From positions 91,105-155,104 of the forward strand of contig CAZWVL010000001.1 of NCBI GenBank assembly GCA_964637115.1: a stretch of 64,000 nucleotides of DNA, in the 5' to 3' direction. The notes below the pieces were generated by a model. That model saw nothing but the letters and a program-made list of their open reading frames with translations. It was not told where the DNA came from and did not search any database. The position numbers and the translations under genes are program-made. The DNA comes from an uncultured Methanosarcinales archaeon. GTDB lineage: Archaea > Nanobdellota > Nanobdellia > Woesearchaeales > ARS49. Numbering within the stretch: the stretch's first letter is position 1; every line of letters begins with the position of its first letter. Shown here one piece after another: positions 27,982 through 38,110 of the stretch.

Positions 27982-29367
27982 GTGCGGGAAGTGAACTGTA
28001 GACAAGTATACGGGATTCTTGAAACACTGAAACAGGGAAAAAACCCTGCTTTTGATGAAAAGGCAATAGATTACCTGCAAAACCGCCCGTTAATTTTGCT
28101 GATGTCAGAAGAGGACTATTCTGCAGCAAAGCAGAAAGAAGCGGAATTAGAACGATTGAGAGAACAACTAGACAGCCAGGGAAAGGCAGTCCTTTTTACT
28201 AGCGGAAAACTTGGAGAGCACAGAAAAGTAAAACCAAACGGCATTTTTTCAAGCAAAGCAAAGGAATCATACGACAAGATTGAGTTCGCACTTGAAAAAC
28301 GGCTTAAAGATGAAAGGGACAAGTTTGAGCTGGCGCAAATAGAGCACAACCGCGTAAAAGAAGTATGCGATGAAATTATTGGGTATGCCGGAACTGCTCA
28401 TGGCTATGTTAAGGTAACCTCTCTGGGTGAAAGAAGAATAGTGGAACTAAAAGCAAGACTGTACAGGCTTGCAGACCAGGAATTTGAACTGCTGGAAAAA
28501 GAAATGAAAGAGACAAACACCCGTCTTGAACAAAGGTTTAATCGATGGCAGACACTTTATGCTATGGTGCGCGCAAACAAAAGCTGTCTTGATGGTGAAA
28601 ATCTGCGCGCAGCATTTGCAACTTTATCGCAGCGGGAAGCAGACGGTGAACAAAATCTTGTAAGATTCAAATCAATGCAGCGAGAATTTGACCGGCAGGG
28701 CTTTTATAGCGAAAATGGAGGACTTGGTTACAAAACATATGCGCTTATGGCGCTGGAAGAAGGCAGTCCGGAAGAAATAGTGTCAAGAGTAGACATGGCA
28801 CACAAGATAGCCCTCAAAAATTTCAATCCAGGTCCTGGAACCACAGATCTTGCAGCAATGATTGCCAGAAATACCACAGTGCAGACACTGCCGACAAAAC
28901 TTGACAGGTTTTCAGAATTATATTACCGGCTTCCAAACATTGAAAATATTCACTCACGCGGAACTGCGGCTGCAATAATGGCAGAATCAGAAGAGACAGA
29001 AGCAAGATTGGTCGAGAAATTCGATTCAGTACATCAAAGATTGTGCATCATCGCACAATCGTCAACGTTGCTGCCTTCATTAGTTGAGGCAGCTGCTCGC
29101 TTTTCAAGGTTTGGAGAAGAAGAATTCAAGAAACTGGTGCCAGCATACATCCACACAAAGGACAGAGTGGCTGGGCTATACGGCTACAGCATAGCTGTAG
29201 AACTTGCGCTCAAGCCAGGAAACATTAACGAAATATGCGATATTTTCGACCTGACTGTTGAAAAGGCATGGCAATGCGCAGAAATACCTGCTGTTGAAAA
29301 ATACTCCATTTCTGCGCAATTGATGAGCAGCGCGTGGAAACTCGCAGAACTGCAAATGGCAAAATAA
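27982..29367 (+). CDS. Hypothetical coiled-coil / helical-repeat protein
   Basis: 461-aa ORF starting at GTG behind a TATA-like tttataaa; coiled-coil N-terminal half. Confidence 0.7.
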   Translation: MREVNCRQVYGILETLKQGKNPAFDEKAIDYLQNRPLILLMSEEDYSAAKQKEAELERLREQLDSQGKAVLFTSGKLGEHRKVKPNGIFSSKAKESYDKIEFALEKRLKDERDKFELAQIEHNRVKEVCDEIIGYAGTAHGYVKVTSLGERRIVELKARLYRLADQEFELLEKEMKETNTRLEQRFNRWQTLYAMVRANKSCLDGENLRAAFATLSQREADGEQNLVRFKSMQREFDRQGFYSENGGLGYKTYALMALEEGSPEEIVSRVDMAHKIALKNFNPGPGTTDLAAMIARNTTVQTLPTKLDRFSELYYRLPNIENIHSRGTAAAIMAESEETEARLVEKFDSVHQRLCIIAQSSTLLPSLVEAAARFSRFGEEEFKKLVPAYIHTKDRVAGLYGYSIAVELALKPGNINEICDIFDLTVEKAWQCAEIPAVEKYSISAQLMSSAWKLAELQMAK

Positions 29368-29444
29368 TGCTTCTTTCGTAACTACTCCAGAATAGAAATT
29401 CATATAAAAGGGATTTTGAAAGAGTTTGTTAGGTATTAAACGGG

Positions 29445-29987
29445 GTGGAAACTATGGAAATATCTGATGCAGTACAAGAAGCCATAGAGGCAAATAAAGG
29501 TTTTGTAGTCATTCTTGCTGGCTCGAACAGCGACCAAGGCCATATAGACAAAGTTGCTGCTGCACTAACGAAATATCAACTTCCTCATCAAGTCAGAATA
29601 TGCTCGGCCCACAAGCAACCTGAAGCTCTGCAGGGGCTGATAGAAGATTATGACTTTATTGAAGGTGCGCTTGCATATGTCGCGATTGCTGGAGGCACTG
29701 ATGCATTATCTGGCGGAAGTTCATTCAACTCAATACGCCCTGTCATCAGCAACCCGCCAGACGCTCCAAACGACAGCTGTCTCACAAACCCGCCCGGAAG
29801 TTCGAACAGTTATGTCACACGAGCGGATAACGCGGCACGATTCATTGCACAAATGTTCTCACACCTTCCAGGTACCCCTTATGCAGATATTCTTCGTGAA
29901 GAAATCAAAGACAAAATCAAAAAGCTGGAAGACGCAGACAGAAAATTCAGCGTTTTTCCATACGTACCACCAGAGGTGAAAAAATGA
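29445..29987 (+). CDS. purE: AIR carboxylase PurE (resembles class II / PAICS type)
   Basis: VVILAGSNSD, ICSAHKQPE, VAIAG, PVISNPP, AARFIAQMF; first gene of the pur cluster. Confidence 0.88.
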   Translation: METMEISDAVQEAIEANKGFVVILAGSNSDQGHIDKVAAALTKYQLPHQVRICSAHKQPEALQGLIEDYDFIEGALAYVAIAGGTDALSGGSSFNSIRPVISNPPDAPNDSCLTNPPGSSNSYVTRADNAARFIAQMFSHLPGTPYADILREEIKDKIKKLEDADRKFSVFPYVPPEVKK

Positions 29988-31111
29988 ACTACCTGCGAGT
30001 TGTTGAAAACGAAACAAGTGTAAAATCGCTCGGAGTTATTAAAGAGCCAACTGATACAGAAACCGGCGTCTTTGATTTCATATACCGCGACGATTTCTAC
30101 AGCATACAAGATTGGGGAAAAATGCCCATACCAGAAGGCGCTACATTAGACAATCGGCCTGTGGCGGTTGTGGCTGCCTTCAATTTTGAAATGATTCGAG
30201 ACCTTGGATTTCCAGTTGCATATCTCGGAACTGTTGGAAACGATGGGGAAGCACGCAGTTTTAACGAATTTAAGGCAATGGGAGAAATTCCAAACAAGCT
30301 CCGCCTCAAAATGGTTCACAGAATAAAGCCAGACTACAAGGAAGGAGTCTATGATTATGGCAAATTCAAAAATCCCGGAGTCCAGCACTACGTCATTCCA
30401 TTAGAATTCATCTGGAGAGCAGAAGCAGGACCTGACAGCAGTTTTTGGACACACATAAAGGACAACGATTACAAATTATCAGACTTCGGGCTTCCTGAGG
30501 ATTTGAAACCCGGAGATAGGCTCCCCTTTCCAGTCCTAGACCATTCGAGCAAGTATGAAGACCACGACAGATATTTCTCAGGAGCTGTGGCAAAAGAATT
30601 GGCCGGGTTAAGCGCTGGCCAATGGGGATACCTGAACGACATGCGCTTGATAATCAATCACAGGCTAAGCCATCACGCATCACAAATAGGCATCAAAAGG
30701 CCAGACGGAAAACAAGAATTCCTGAGCAATCTGGAACTCGGAGACGTTGCAGGCACTTGGCACGAAGACAGATTTGAATACCAAACAAAAAGCGGAATAA
30801 TGGTAAAGGTCAGCAAACAAACTCCAAGAGATTACAACGCACTGCGCAACCCAGAATGGGCAAAACAATGCAAAGAACTGAAAAAACAAGCGGAAAGAGA
30901 AGGATTCACAGACTGGAGGCAAAGAGTAACTGTAAAACCGGAACCACTTGAGCCAGAATTCTTCAAACAATACAACAACTTGATGTATGCTGCAACAAAC
31001 GCGTGGGTTGGCTGGAGCATTTTCCCAGGCGCGTCAAACTTGGAAGAAGCCTGTGTTGAAGCTGACAAGTACCTGAAAGATTATAAGATGAGGCTGCAGA
31101 AACCTGCATAA
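29984..31111 (+). CDS. purC: SAICAR synthetase (long type)
   Basis: SVKSL, YRDDFYSIQDWG, IPLEFIWR, DHSSKYEDHDRY, DGKQEF, VSKQTPRDY; context between purE and purB. Confidence 0.85.
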   Translation: MNYLRVVENETSVKSLGVIKEPTDTETGVFDFIYRDDFYSIQDWGKMPIPEGATLDNRPVAVVAAFNFEMIRDLGFPVAYLGTVGNDGEARSFNEFKAMGEIPNKLRLKMVHRIKPDYKEGVYDYGKFKNPGVQHYVIPLEFIWRAEAGPDSSFWTHIKDNDYKLSDFGLPEDLKPGDRLPFPVLDHSSKYEDHDRYFSGAVAKELAGLSAGQWGYLNDMRLIINHRLSHHASQIGIKRPDGKQEFLSNLELGDVAGTWHEDRFEYQTKSGIMVKVSKQTPRDYNALRNPEWAKQCKELKKQAEREGFTDWRQRVTVKPEPLEPEFFKQYNNLMYAATNAWVGWSIFPGASNLEEACVEADKYLKDYKMRLQKPA

Positions 31112-31198
31112 ATGGCAAAACAAATAATTCTGGAACCAGACAGAACATTTCAAACGGAAAAAAGCGAGACAAATTGATAACATATTACGGGTGAGAAT

Positions 31199-32662
31199 AT
31201 GAGCGATCCATACGAAGAAAGATACACGAGCAAGGAAATGCAAGAGTTGCATTCTGACAAAGTGAAGTATGGCACGTGGAGGCGGCTCTGGGTATCTGTT
31301 GCTAAAGTACAAAAAGAAATGGGGCTCGCAGACAAAGCAACTGGAAAACCAATAATTACTGATGAGATGATTTCTGAACTTGAAGCAAATGTCAGTAATC
31401 TCAATGTTGAACGTGCCAAAGAGATAGAGAAGAAAACAAAACACGACGTTATGGCTCATATCAAGGCGTTCAAAGAGCAATGTCCTACAGCAGGCGGCAT
31501 ACTTCATCTTGCCTTAACGAGCAGGGCAATAACGGACAACCAAGAACTGTATATGATTCGTGAGTCTATGAATCTTGTGCGCAAAAAACTTGTCAACGCA
31601 ATTGACTATATGGCGAAAAGTGCAACGGAGTATTCCGGCATAATGACGCTTGCCTTTACACACTTTCAGCCAGCCCAAGCAACAGTTGTGGGAAGAAGAT
31701 TAGCAATGCATGGAGAAGAACTGCTGCTGGCCCTTGATGATCTTGAATACAGAATTGACAATCTTCCGCTCAGAGGCGTTGCAGGAACCGTCGGAACTCA
31801 TACTGATATGCTCTCATTATTTGACGGTGATTATGAAAAAGTCAAGAAACTAGAGGAAAAATTCGCGAAAGACCTCGGTTTCAACAAAGTTTTGCAGTGC
31901 ACAGGGCAAACTTATCACCGAATGATAGACTACCAAGTCGGAAGCACTCTATTCAACATAGGCATAGCCGCGCGCAGGTTTGCAACAACCATACGGCTGT
32001 TGCAAGGACTCGAGGAGATGGAAGAACCATTCGCAGAGACGCAGGTTGGCTCAACAGCAATGCCGTGGAAACGAAATCCGAAAAATGCAGAACGGATGTC
32101 AGGACTTGTATATTGTCTTGACAGCGCCGTGAATGCATTAGGACAAGTGGCCGCAAACCAATGGCTAGAAGGCAGTGTAGAAGACTCCTCTCCGCGACGA
32201 ATCAAGATTCGAGAAGAATTCTATGCCGTAGATGGGATACTTGATCTTTACATCGATATTGCCAGAGGCGTGAAAGTATATAATGAAATGATTTCTGCGC
32301 ATGTAAGAGATAAGCTTCCACTGATAGCAACGAATACTTTCATGATGGAAGCCGTAAAAAAAGGAGGCGACAGTCAACAGTTACACGGAGTCGACCGTCA
32401 ACAGTTACACGAGTTTTTCAGAGAACACGCGCACGCATCCACCACACAGTATCGTGCAGGAGGAAAAAATGACTTCCTTGAACGCATTGCAAACGACCAG
32501 CGAATCAACCTCACTAAAGATGAAATTGAGTCAATGCTCAAGAATCCGGCATTGTTTGTTGGAGATGCAATCGAACAGACAAACGATTTCGTTAATGCTG
32601 CTGCCAAACGAACTCAGCCGTACAAATCAATGCTTGGTTACGTGCCAAACGTAGAGGTGTAA
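31199..32662 (+). CDS. purB: Adenylosuccinate lyase
   Basis: TKHDVMAH, FTHFQPAQ, RGVAGTVGT and the fumarate-lyase signature GSTAMPWKRNP. Confidence 0.95.
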   Translation: MSDPYEERYTSKEMQELHSDKVKYGTWRRLWVSVAKVQKEMGLADKATGKPIITDEMISELEANVSNLNVERAKEIEKKTKHDVMAHIKAFKEQCPTAGGILHLALTSRAITDNQELYMIRESMNLVRKKLVNAIDYMAKSATEYSGIMTLAFTHFQPAQATVVGRRLAMHGEELLLALDDLEYRIDNLPLRGVAGTVGTHTDMLSLFDGDYEKVKKLEEKFAKDLGFNKVLQCTGQTYHRMIDYQVGSTLFNIGIAARRFATTIRLLQGLEEMEEPFAETQVGSTAMPWKRNPKNAERMSGLVYCLDSAVNALGQVAANQWLEGSVEDSSPRRIKIREEFYAVDGILDLYIDIARGVKVYNEMISAHVRDKLPLIATNTFMMEAVKKGGDSQQLHGVDRQQLHEFFREHAHASTTQYRAGGKNDFLERIANDQRINLTKDEIESMLKNPALFVGDAIEQTNDFVNAAAKRTQPYKSMLGYVPNVEV

Positions 32663-32663
32663 C

Positions 32664-33845
32664 GTGTCAGACAAACCAAACGTGCTTGTGCTGTTTTACG
32701 ACAAGAAGGACAAGGAAAGAATCATAACAGTAAATAGAGAGGGAACTCTGGTTGACGAACAGGCAGCAAAAAAAGCAGGCATAGATGTATTCCATACAAC
32801 GCTTGGATCTGAAATTGAAAGAGGCTTCAGCTACAGCGGAGTAAAGCCTACCATTCGTACAGCTTCGCCAAGCCATGAGCCGGCGCTCGTCAAAATGATA
32901 TTTAACAGGTACAAAGAAAATGATGGTGTAAGATATGACGGCATAATGGTTGTCGCGGGATTATCGTGCACGTTAGATATGCCAAAAATGATTCTTGATG
33001 AACTTTACAATTACGAAACAGTAAAAGCAGAGTCTGTAGATTTCAATCTGAAAGTCGAAATGAAATCCAATTACTACGGACAGCCGAAAAGGATTCCATT
33101 TATCGGCGTGCCAACAAAAGATGCAAGCTCGAATGGACACAGAGCTTTTTTCTCAATGATTGAAGCAAGCGGTCCAAGAGACACGGTATGCACAGGAGTT
33201 GAGCACGGATATGCTGCAGCAAAGCTCATGACAGGAATGCTCACCAACAAATGGGACTATGTTTCCATAATAGTTCCGAATATGACGGGAGGCTTAGGAT
33301 ATGATACCGGGCTTATTTTGAAGGCAGAGCTTGACAAATGGCTGAAGGATTTTTACCAGCCGCTTCAGGACCCTGTTGTGCAATTTGGTCTAACGTCATT
33401 CGATGACTTTGTAAGAGGACCAAAAAGAGAAGACTTAAGTGACTGGAAACCACCATCAAACATCCTGCCAGTGTGTATATACAGTGATATTTATGAATTA
33501 AGAAAAATTAACGAGATGGCAAACTTCGTAGTTGGTGTTTCAGCTCTTGAAAGAAAGGTAAGCGACGAAGAATTCGTGAAAGAAACAACAGGATTGGATC
33601 GTGTTTTACACTCGCGAACACGGCACGGAGTAAATCCGGCGAATTTTATCGCAAAAATTTTGTCAATGCAGCCTTACGCTGTCCAGAGGTATGAGATTAA
33701 ACACAACGAGGTTACGGGAAAAACCGAAAAAATGCCCAAAGCGCCAGAAATATTATTGCTGAATCCAAACACATTCAGCAAAGCGCGCGCAGAAAAATCA
33801 AGGCCGAACTTTGTGGAATATTTGGGAGACGAATTGGTGGCTTAA
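32664..33845 (+). CDS. Hypothetical protein in the pur operon with a degenerate PurE-like domain
   Basis: IMVVAGLS, IPFIGVPT...NGHRAFFSMIE, VCTGVEHGYAAAKLMTGML parallel the PurE C-terminal motifs. Confidence 0.6.
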   Translation: MSDKPNVLVLFYDKKDKERIITVNREGTLVDEQAAKKAGIDVFHTTLGSEIERGFSYSGVKPTIRTASPSHEPALVKMIFNRYKENDGVRYDGIMVVAGLSCTLDMPKMILDELYNYETVKAESVDFNLKVEMKSNYYGQPKRIPFIGVPTKDASSNGHRAFFSMIEASGPRDTVCTGVEHGYAAAKLMTGMLTNKWDYVSIIVPNMTGGLGYDTGLILKAELDKWLKDFYQPLQDPVVQFGLTSFDDFVRGPKREDLSDWKPPSNILPVCIYSDIYELRKINEMANFVVGVSALERKVSDEEFVKETTGLDRVLHSRTRHGVNPANFIAKILSMQPYAVQRYEIKHNEVTGKTEKMPKAPEILLLNPNTFSKARAEKSRPNFVEYLGDELVA

Positions 33846-33846
33846 A

Positions 33847-35067
33847 ATGGCTGAACGCGGAACAGATATTTCAAAATTCAAGCGAGTGTATAGCAAACGC
33901 AATGAAGGCGCATTTCCAAATGTCATGGCACTTATGCTTCAGAAAGAATGGGATTTGAAATATGGAGAAAATCCCAACCAGCACGCTGCCATTTATTTCA
34001 TGCAAAACGCCCGCACGATTGCTGAATTAACCAACTTGCAATATGTCCGCTCGGATGGCAAGGGCAAAGGCGGATTGTCATTAACTAATACGATGGACAT
34101 AACGCGCGCGATGGACAACCTGAAATGGTTTTCAGACCCTGCCTGCGTCATAATGAAGCACAATGTTGATGCAGCCTTCAAGAAAAAGAAGAAAGGAAGC
34201 AATGAAACACAAGACCAACTTTACAGAATTGTGCGCGACGTGGATAGAAGAAGCTGTTTTGGAGGAACTGCCGTTTTCAATAGTCCATTAGAAATGAGAA
34301 CAGCGGATGCATTGTTTGAATTGTATAAACCAGAAGAAGGCAGCAGATACCGAATGGACGTCATCGCCGCTCCAGGATTTGAGGAAGGCGTTGTTGGCAA
34401 GATTGAGAAATATTCTAATGTCGTCCGCATAGCAGAATTTTCCGGCTGTGACAAACTTCCCAAATTTATCGGCGATGAAACTTACGGCCTTGTTTCAGTC
34501 AAGGAAATGCCAACAGGCAGAATTGGGGTTCAGGACATTTACTTAACCAGCATCAAAGGCGTTGAAAACCTTGTTTTAGACGCGATGATTGTAGATAAAG
34601 ATGGGAAAAAGCACGTTATTGAGCGCGACCCAACAAAACAAGAGCTTGACGACATGCTGACTGCCTGGTGGCTCAATATCACAGGCGCACGAAGCAACGG
34701 CATTGTAATCGTGAAAGACGGAGTTACTGTTTCAGTTGGGTCAGGACAAGTTGAAAGAGTAGGCGCTGTTGAACAAGCCATTGTCAAAGGCATACAAAAA
34801 GCAATGGATCGAGAAGGTATTGAATACGACCCGTTATATGGAATACAAGGGTATGAGAAGCTCAATGAAAACCCATTAAAAGGAGCAGTGTGCTCTTCAG
34901 ACGCATTCTTCCCCTTCCCTGATGCGGTTAAACTGCTCGGCAGAATGGGGATAACTGCAGTAATTCAGCCATTTGGCGCGGAAAATGATGCTTTAGTCAT
35001 TGACGAAGCAAACAAATACAAAATGGCGATGACGGCGACAGGAGAACGATGCTTTGGGCACTGGTGA
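33847..35067 (+). CDS. purH: AICAR transformylase (stand-alone C-terminal half of PurH)
   Basis: LKYGENPNQHAA, IMKHN, SCFGG, ARSNGIV, GSGQVERV, SSDAFFPFPD, QPFG, GERCFGH. Confidence 0.92.
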   Translation: MAERGTDISKFKRVYSKRNEGAFPNVMALMLQKEWDLKYGENPNQHAAIYFMQNARTIAELTNLQYVRSDGKGKGGLSLTNTMDITRAMDNLKWFSDPACVIMKHNVDAAFKKKKKGSNETQDQLYRIVRDVDRRSCFGGTAVFNSPLEMRTADALFELYKPEEGSRYRMDVIAAPGFEEGVVGKIEKYSNVVRIAEFSGCDKLPKFIGDETYGLVSVKEMPTGRIGVQDIYLTSIKGVENLVLDAMIVDKDGKKHVIERDPTKQELDDMLTAWWLNITGARSNGIVIVKDGVTVSVGSGQVERVGAVEQAIVKGIQKAMDREGIEYDPLYGIQGYEKLNENPLKGAVCSSDAFFPFPDAVKLLGRMGITAVIQPFGAENDALVIDEANKYKMAMTATGERCFGHW

Positions 35068-35071
35068 TTAA

Positions 35072-36652
35072 GTGAGAGACGAAATACTTGTTGTTGATTA
35101 TGGCGGACAGTATACGCAAAACATAGCCAGAAGAATACGCGAGCTTGGCGTTTATTCTCGTATTGTAAGCTGCAATAAGGTAACACCGCGCGACATTCAA
35201 CGGGCAAACGGCATCATCAACTCAGGAGGGCCAAAAAGCTGTATTGATCCAGATGCGCCGCACTATAACCCGCTACTGTTCTCAACAGACACGCCCTCTC
35301 TTGACATATGCTACGGCATGCAACTCAGGGCAAACATACTTCCCGGAGGAGAAGTTGTTCACGGAAAAAAACGTGAGTACGGCAGAAACCTGGTTACAAT
35401 TGTTGAGCGAAATGACCTGCTCTATAAAGGCCTTGAAAAAAGAATCCAAGCCTGGATGAGCCACGGAGACAAGGTAACCAAAGTGCCAGACGGATATAGA
35501 GTAACGGCAAAAACAGAAAACGACATCATTGCAGCAATGTCTAACCCTGCGCTAAACAGTTACAGTGTGCAATTCCATCCAGAAGTCACGCACACGCCAG
35601 ACGGCATGGACATTCTTGCAAACTTTGTGTATCGCATTGCCAAATGCAAAAAAGGAAGCTGGGATCTTGAAAAATATGTTAATAATATCCTGAATGACAT
35701 TGGAAAGAGTGTTAGAGGCAGAGATGTTATCATGTTTGCATCAGGCGGAGTTGACAGCACTGTTGCAGCAGCACTGCTTGCAAAAGCAAAAGAAAAAGGC
35801 AAAGATGTTGGCAGAGTATATGTCGTGCATATTGACAACGGACTAATGCGAACCAATGAAAGCAAGCGAGTTGTAGAATATTTGTCAAAATTAAAAGGAA
35901 TGGAAAAAATAATCTTTGAAGATGAGTCTGATTATTTCCTAAATAAACTAAAGGGAGTAGTAAATCCAATCAGAAAGAGAGAGATCATAGGCGATGCTTT
36001 CATCGACGTTCAGCAAAAGATCATAAAAAGACTCAAGTTGTCAAAAAACACAATGCTATGCCAGGGAACGCTTTACACAGACCTAATCGAAAGCGGAAAA
36101 GGTGTTGGAACGCACGCATCAGTCATCAAAATACACCACAACGTAGCCTCTCCCTATGTACTCGCGAAGCGAAAACAGGGATTAATCGTAGAACCTCTCC
36201 GAGAACTCTTCAAAGACGAATCAAGACGCATTGGAAAATATCTTGGCATTCCTGAAGAAATTGTCTGGAGGCAACCATTCCCCGGACCTGGATTAGGCAT
36301 CAGGGCTATTGGAAGACCGCTAACCAAAAAACGGCTTGATTCGCTCAGACACGCCACAGACATCCTTGAAGAAGAAATCAAAAAAGCGGGCCTTGACAGG
36401 AAAATATGGCAATACTTCCCGGCGTTGCTGGGCACGAAAGCAGTTGGAGTTAAGGGAGATGCGGGCACTCATCAGGAAATCTGCGCCATAAGAGCAGTTA
36501 CAAGCATAGACGGCATGACTGCAGACTGGTTCAGAATGCCACACCGAGTAATGGACGCAATTTCACGCAGAATCATGAATGAAGTTTCCGGCATTGGCAG
36601 GGTGTTATACGACGTTGGTTCAAAACCGCCGGAAACAATTGAGTTTGAATGA
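35072..36652 (+). CDS. guaA: GMP synthase (glutamine-hydrolysing, fused)
   Basis: DYGGQYTQ, ICYGMQ, WMSHGD, QFHPEV, SGGVDS, QPFPGPGLGIR, KPPETIEFE. Confidence 0.96.
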   Translation: MRDEILVVDYGGQYTQNIARRIRELGVYSRIVSCNKVTPRDIQRANGIINSGGPKSCIDPDAPHYNPLLFSTDTPSLDICYGMQLRANILPGGEVVHGKKREYGRNLVTIVERNDLLYKGLEKRIQAWMSHGDKVTKVPDGYRVTAKTENDIIAAMSNPALNSYSVQFHPEVTHTPDGMDILANFVYRIAKCKKGSWDLEKYVNNILNDIGKSVRGRDVIMFASGGVDSTVAAALLAKAKEKGKDVGRVYVVHIDNGLMRTNESKRVVEYLSKLKGMEKIIFEDESDYFLNKLKGVVNPIRKREIIGDAFIDVQQKIIKRLKLSKNTMLCQGTLYTDLIESGKGVGTHASVIKIHHNVASPYVLAKRKQGLIVEPLRELFKDESRRIGKYLGIPEEIVWRQPFPGPGLGIRAIGRPLTKKRLDSLRHATDILEEEIKKAGLDRKIWQYFPALLGTKAVGVKGDAGTHQEICAIRAVTSIDGMTADWFRMPHRVMDAISRRIMNEVSGIGRVLYDVGSKPPETIEFE

Positions 36653-36661
36653 GGTGAAACA

Positions 36662-37309
36662 ATGGTACAAGACCAAATTGAAATCAAAAGAGCATTAATC
36701 AGCGTCAGCGATAAAAGCGGACTTGCAGATTTGTTGAAGAAATTAGATCCGCAGCGAAGAGGAATTGAGATTATTTCAAGCGGCGGCACGGCTGGTGCCA
36801 TACGAAAACTCGGCTATACGGCAATCGATGTTGAAATTTACACCGGCTATCCGGAATCACCGGGTGGATATGTAAAAACGCTACAACCAAAAATCCACAA
36901 CGGCATTTTGTTGGATACTGAGGATAGAGTACACACAGAATTTATGGAAAAACATGGTGTACTGTCGATAGATCTTGTGGTCAACAACTTGTATCCTTTC
37001 AAAGAAACAGTCAAAAAGGAAGGAATCACTATTGAAAAGGCAAGAGAAGACATCGACATTGGCGGATCAGCATTAATACGCGCGTCTTCGAAAAGCTACA
37101 AGAGAGTCGCAACACTCATAGACTGGCAAGACCTGGAACTTCTCGAATTGTCTGGCAATTCAATCATTACGCAGTTCGATTCCAGATATAAACTTGCGCA
37201 AAAAGGGTTTGAGCACACTGCTTCGTACGATGCAGCAATTGCAGATTACCTGCTTACTCAAGGCATACAGAACAAAGTGAGGCCATTCTACTTTGGAGAC
37301 AAGAAATAA
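36662..37309 (+). CDS. purH: IMP cyclohydrolase (stand-alone MGS-like N-terminal half of PurH)
   Basis: RALISVSDKSGL, SSGGTA, YTGYPESPGGYVKTLQPKIH, VNNLYPF, IDIGGSALIRA. Confidence 0.92.
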   Translation: MVQDQIEIKRALISVSDKSGLADLLKKLDPQRRGIEIISSGGTAGAIRKLGYTAIDVEIYTGYPESPGGYVKTLQPKIHNGILLDTEDRVHTEFMEKHGVLSIDLVVNNLYPFKETVKKEGITIEKAREDIDIGGSALIRASSKSYKRVATLIDWQDLELLELSGNSIITQFDSRYKLAQKGFEHTASYDAAIADYLLTQGIQNKVRPFYFGDKK

Positions 37310-37390
37310 TCTGCCTGAACTGAAATATTTGCTATTGTTAAGTAGTTAAAATAGCAAGTTATTTAAGGTTGTTAGTACTATTTTTCGTCG

Positions 37391-38110
37391 ATGAAACCAT
37401 ATTTTGCTCCTGAACTAACGGACAAAGTGAACAGCATATTGTGGAGCATAGGCAATGAGCAGCGCGCCATACTTACCGGAGCAGTGCTTCTTTGGGAGCA
37501 ACAGGACACGCGGCAACTGGGCGACGCTTATCATGCATGGAGCGGCAAACGCGACTGCCATGTAATTAAAAAACACCTCACTGACTGCTTAGTGCCGCTA
37601 GACATTGCGGTTCACGACCCAAAACATAATACGTACTGCCTCACCGAGAACGGCGACTATTTTGCAAAGCCAATCGCCGTTGCCGCATTACATTTTGTTG
37701 CTGAAACCAATATTTCCTTATGCGAGATATTCCCAGGATACATGCGTACAAGACGCAATTTACCTCTTGCGCGAAACACAGCTGAATTATTACTGCAGCT
37801 TTCTCTTGGTAATCAAGAAACTGAATCGCTTGAACGAGCCATGATGGTACAAGCGCCAGTAACTTTGCTCGTAAAGAAGCTTTTGCAAAGTGATTTGAAA
37901 CGACTAAGCAAAGCAGGCCTAGTTGAGTATTCTACTGATGGCGCGCAACTTACGGGCCGCGGCCGCACAGCGTTGCCATTCTTTTATAAATTAAGAAACG
38001 CCTTTCTTGACGAAGCTTTGCTTAAGGAGTTGCAGTCTAAAACACTTGAATTAACTGCGGACATTACCACAAAAGCAATGGAAATATACCGAAAAAAATC
38101 ACCGTATTAG
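37391..38110 (+). CDS. Tandem winged-helix protein (putative regulator)
   Basis: Two wHTH wings: HLTDCLVPLDIAV...YCLTENG and DLKRLSKAGLVEY...QLTGRG. Confidence 0.65.
   Translation: MKPYFAPELTDKVNSILWSIGNEQRAILTGAVLLWEQQDTRQLGDAYHAWSGKRDCHVIKKHLTDCLVPLDIAVHDPKHNTYCLTENGDYFAKPIAVAALHFVAETNISLCEIFPGYMRTRRNLPLARNTAELLLQLSLGNQETESLERAMMVQAPVTLLVKKLLQSDLKRLSKAGLVEYSTDGAQLTGRGRTALPFFYKLRNAFLDEALLKELQSKTLELTADITTKAMEIYRKKSPY

Noticed and set aside
19405-29445. Integrated mobile element or provirus carrying the sigma-like gene
   Set aside because: No integrase, transposase, capsid, terminase or flanking tRNA/att repeat was seen, so it is not called as a mobile element. A composition test was not run.
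31112-31177. 21-aa ORF between purC and purB (MAKQIILEPDRTFQTEKSETN)
   Set aside because: Too short, with no SD, motif or homolog evidence.
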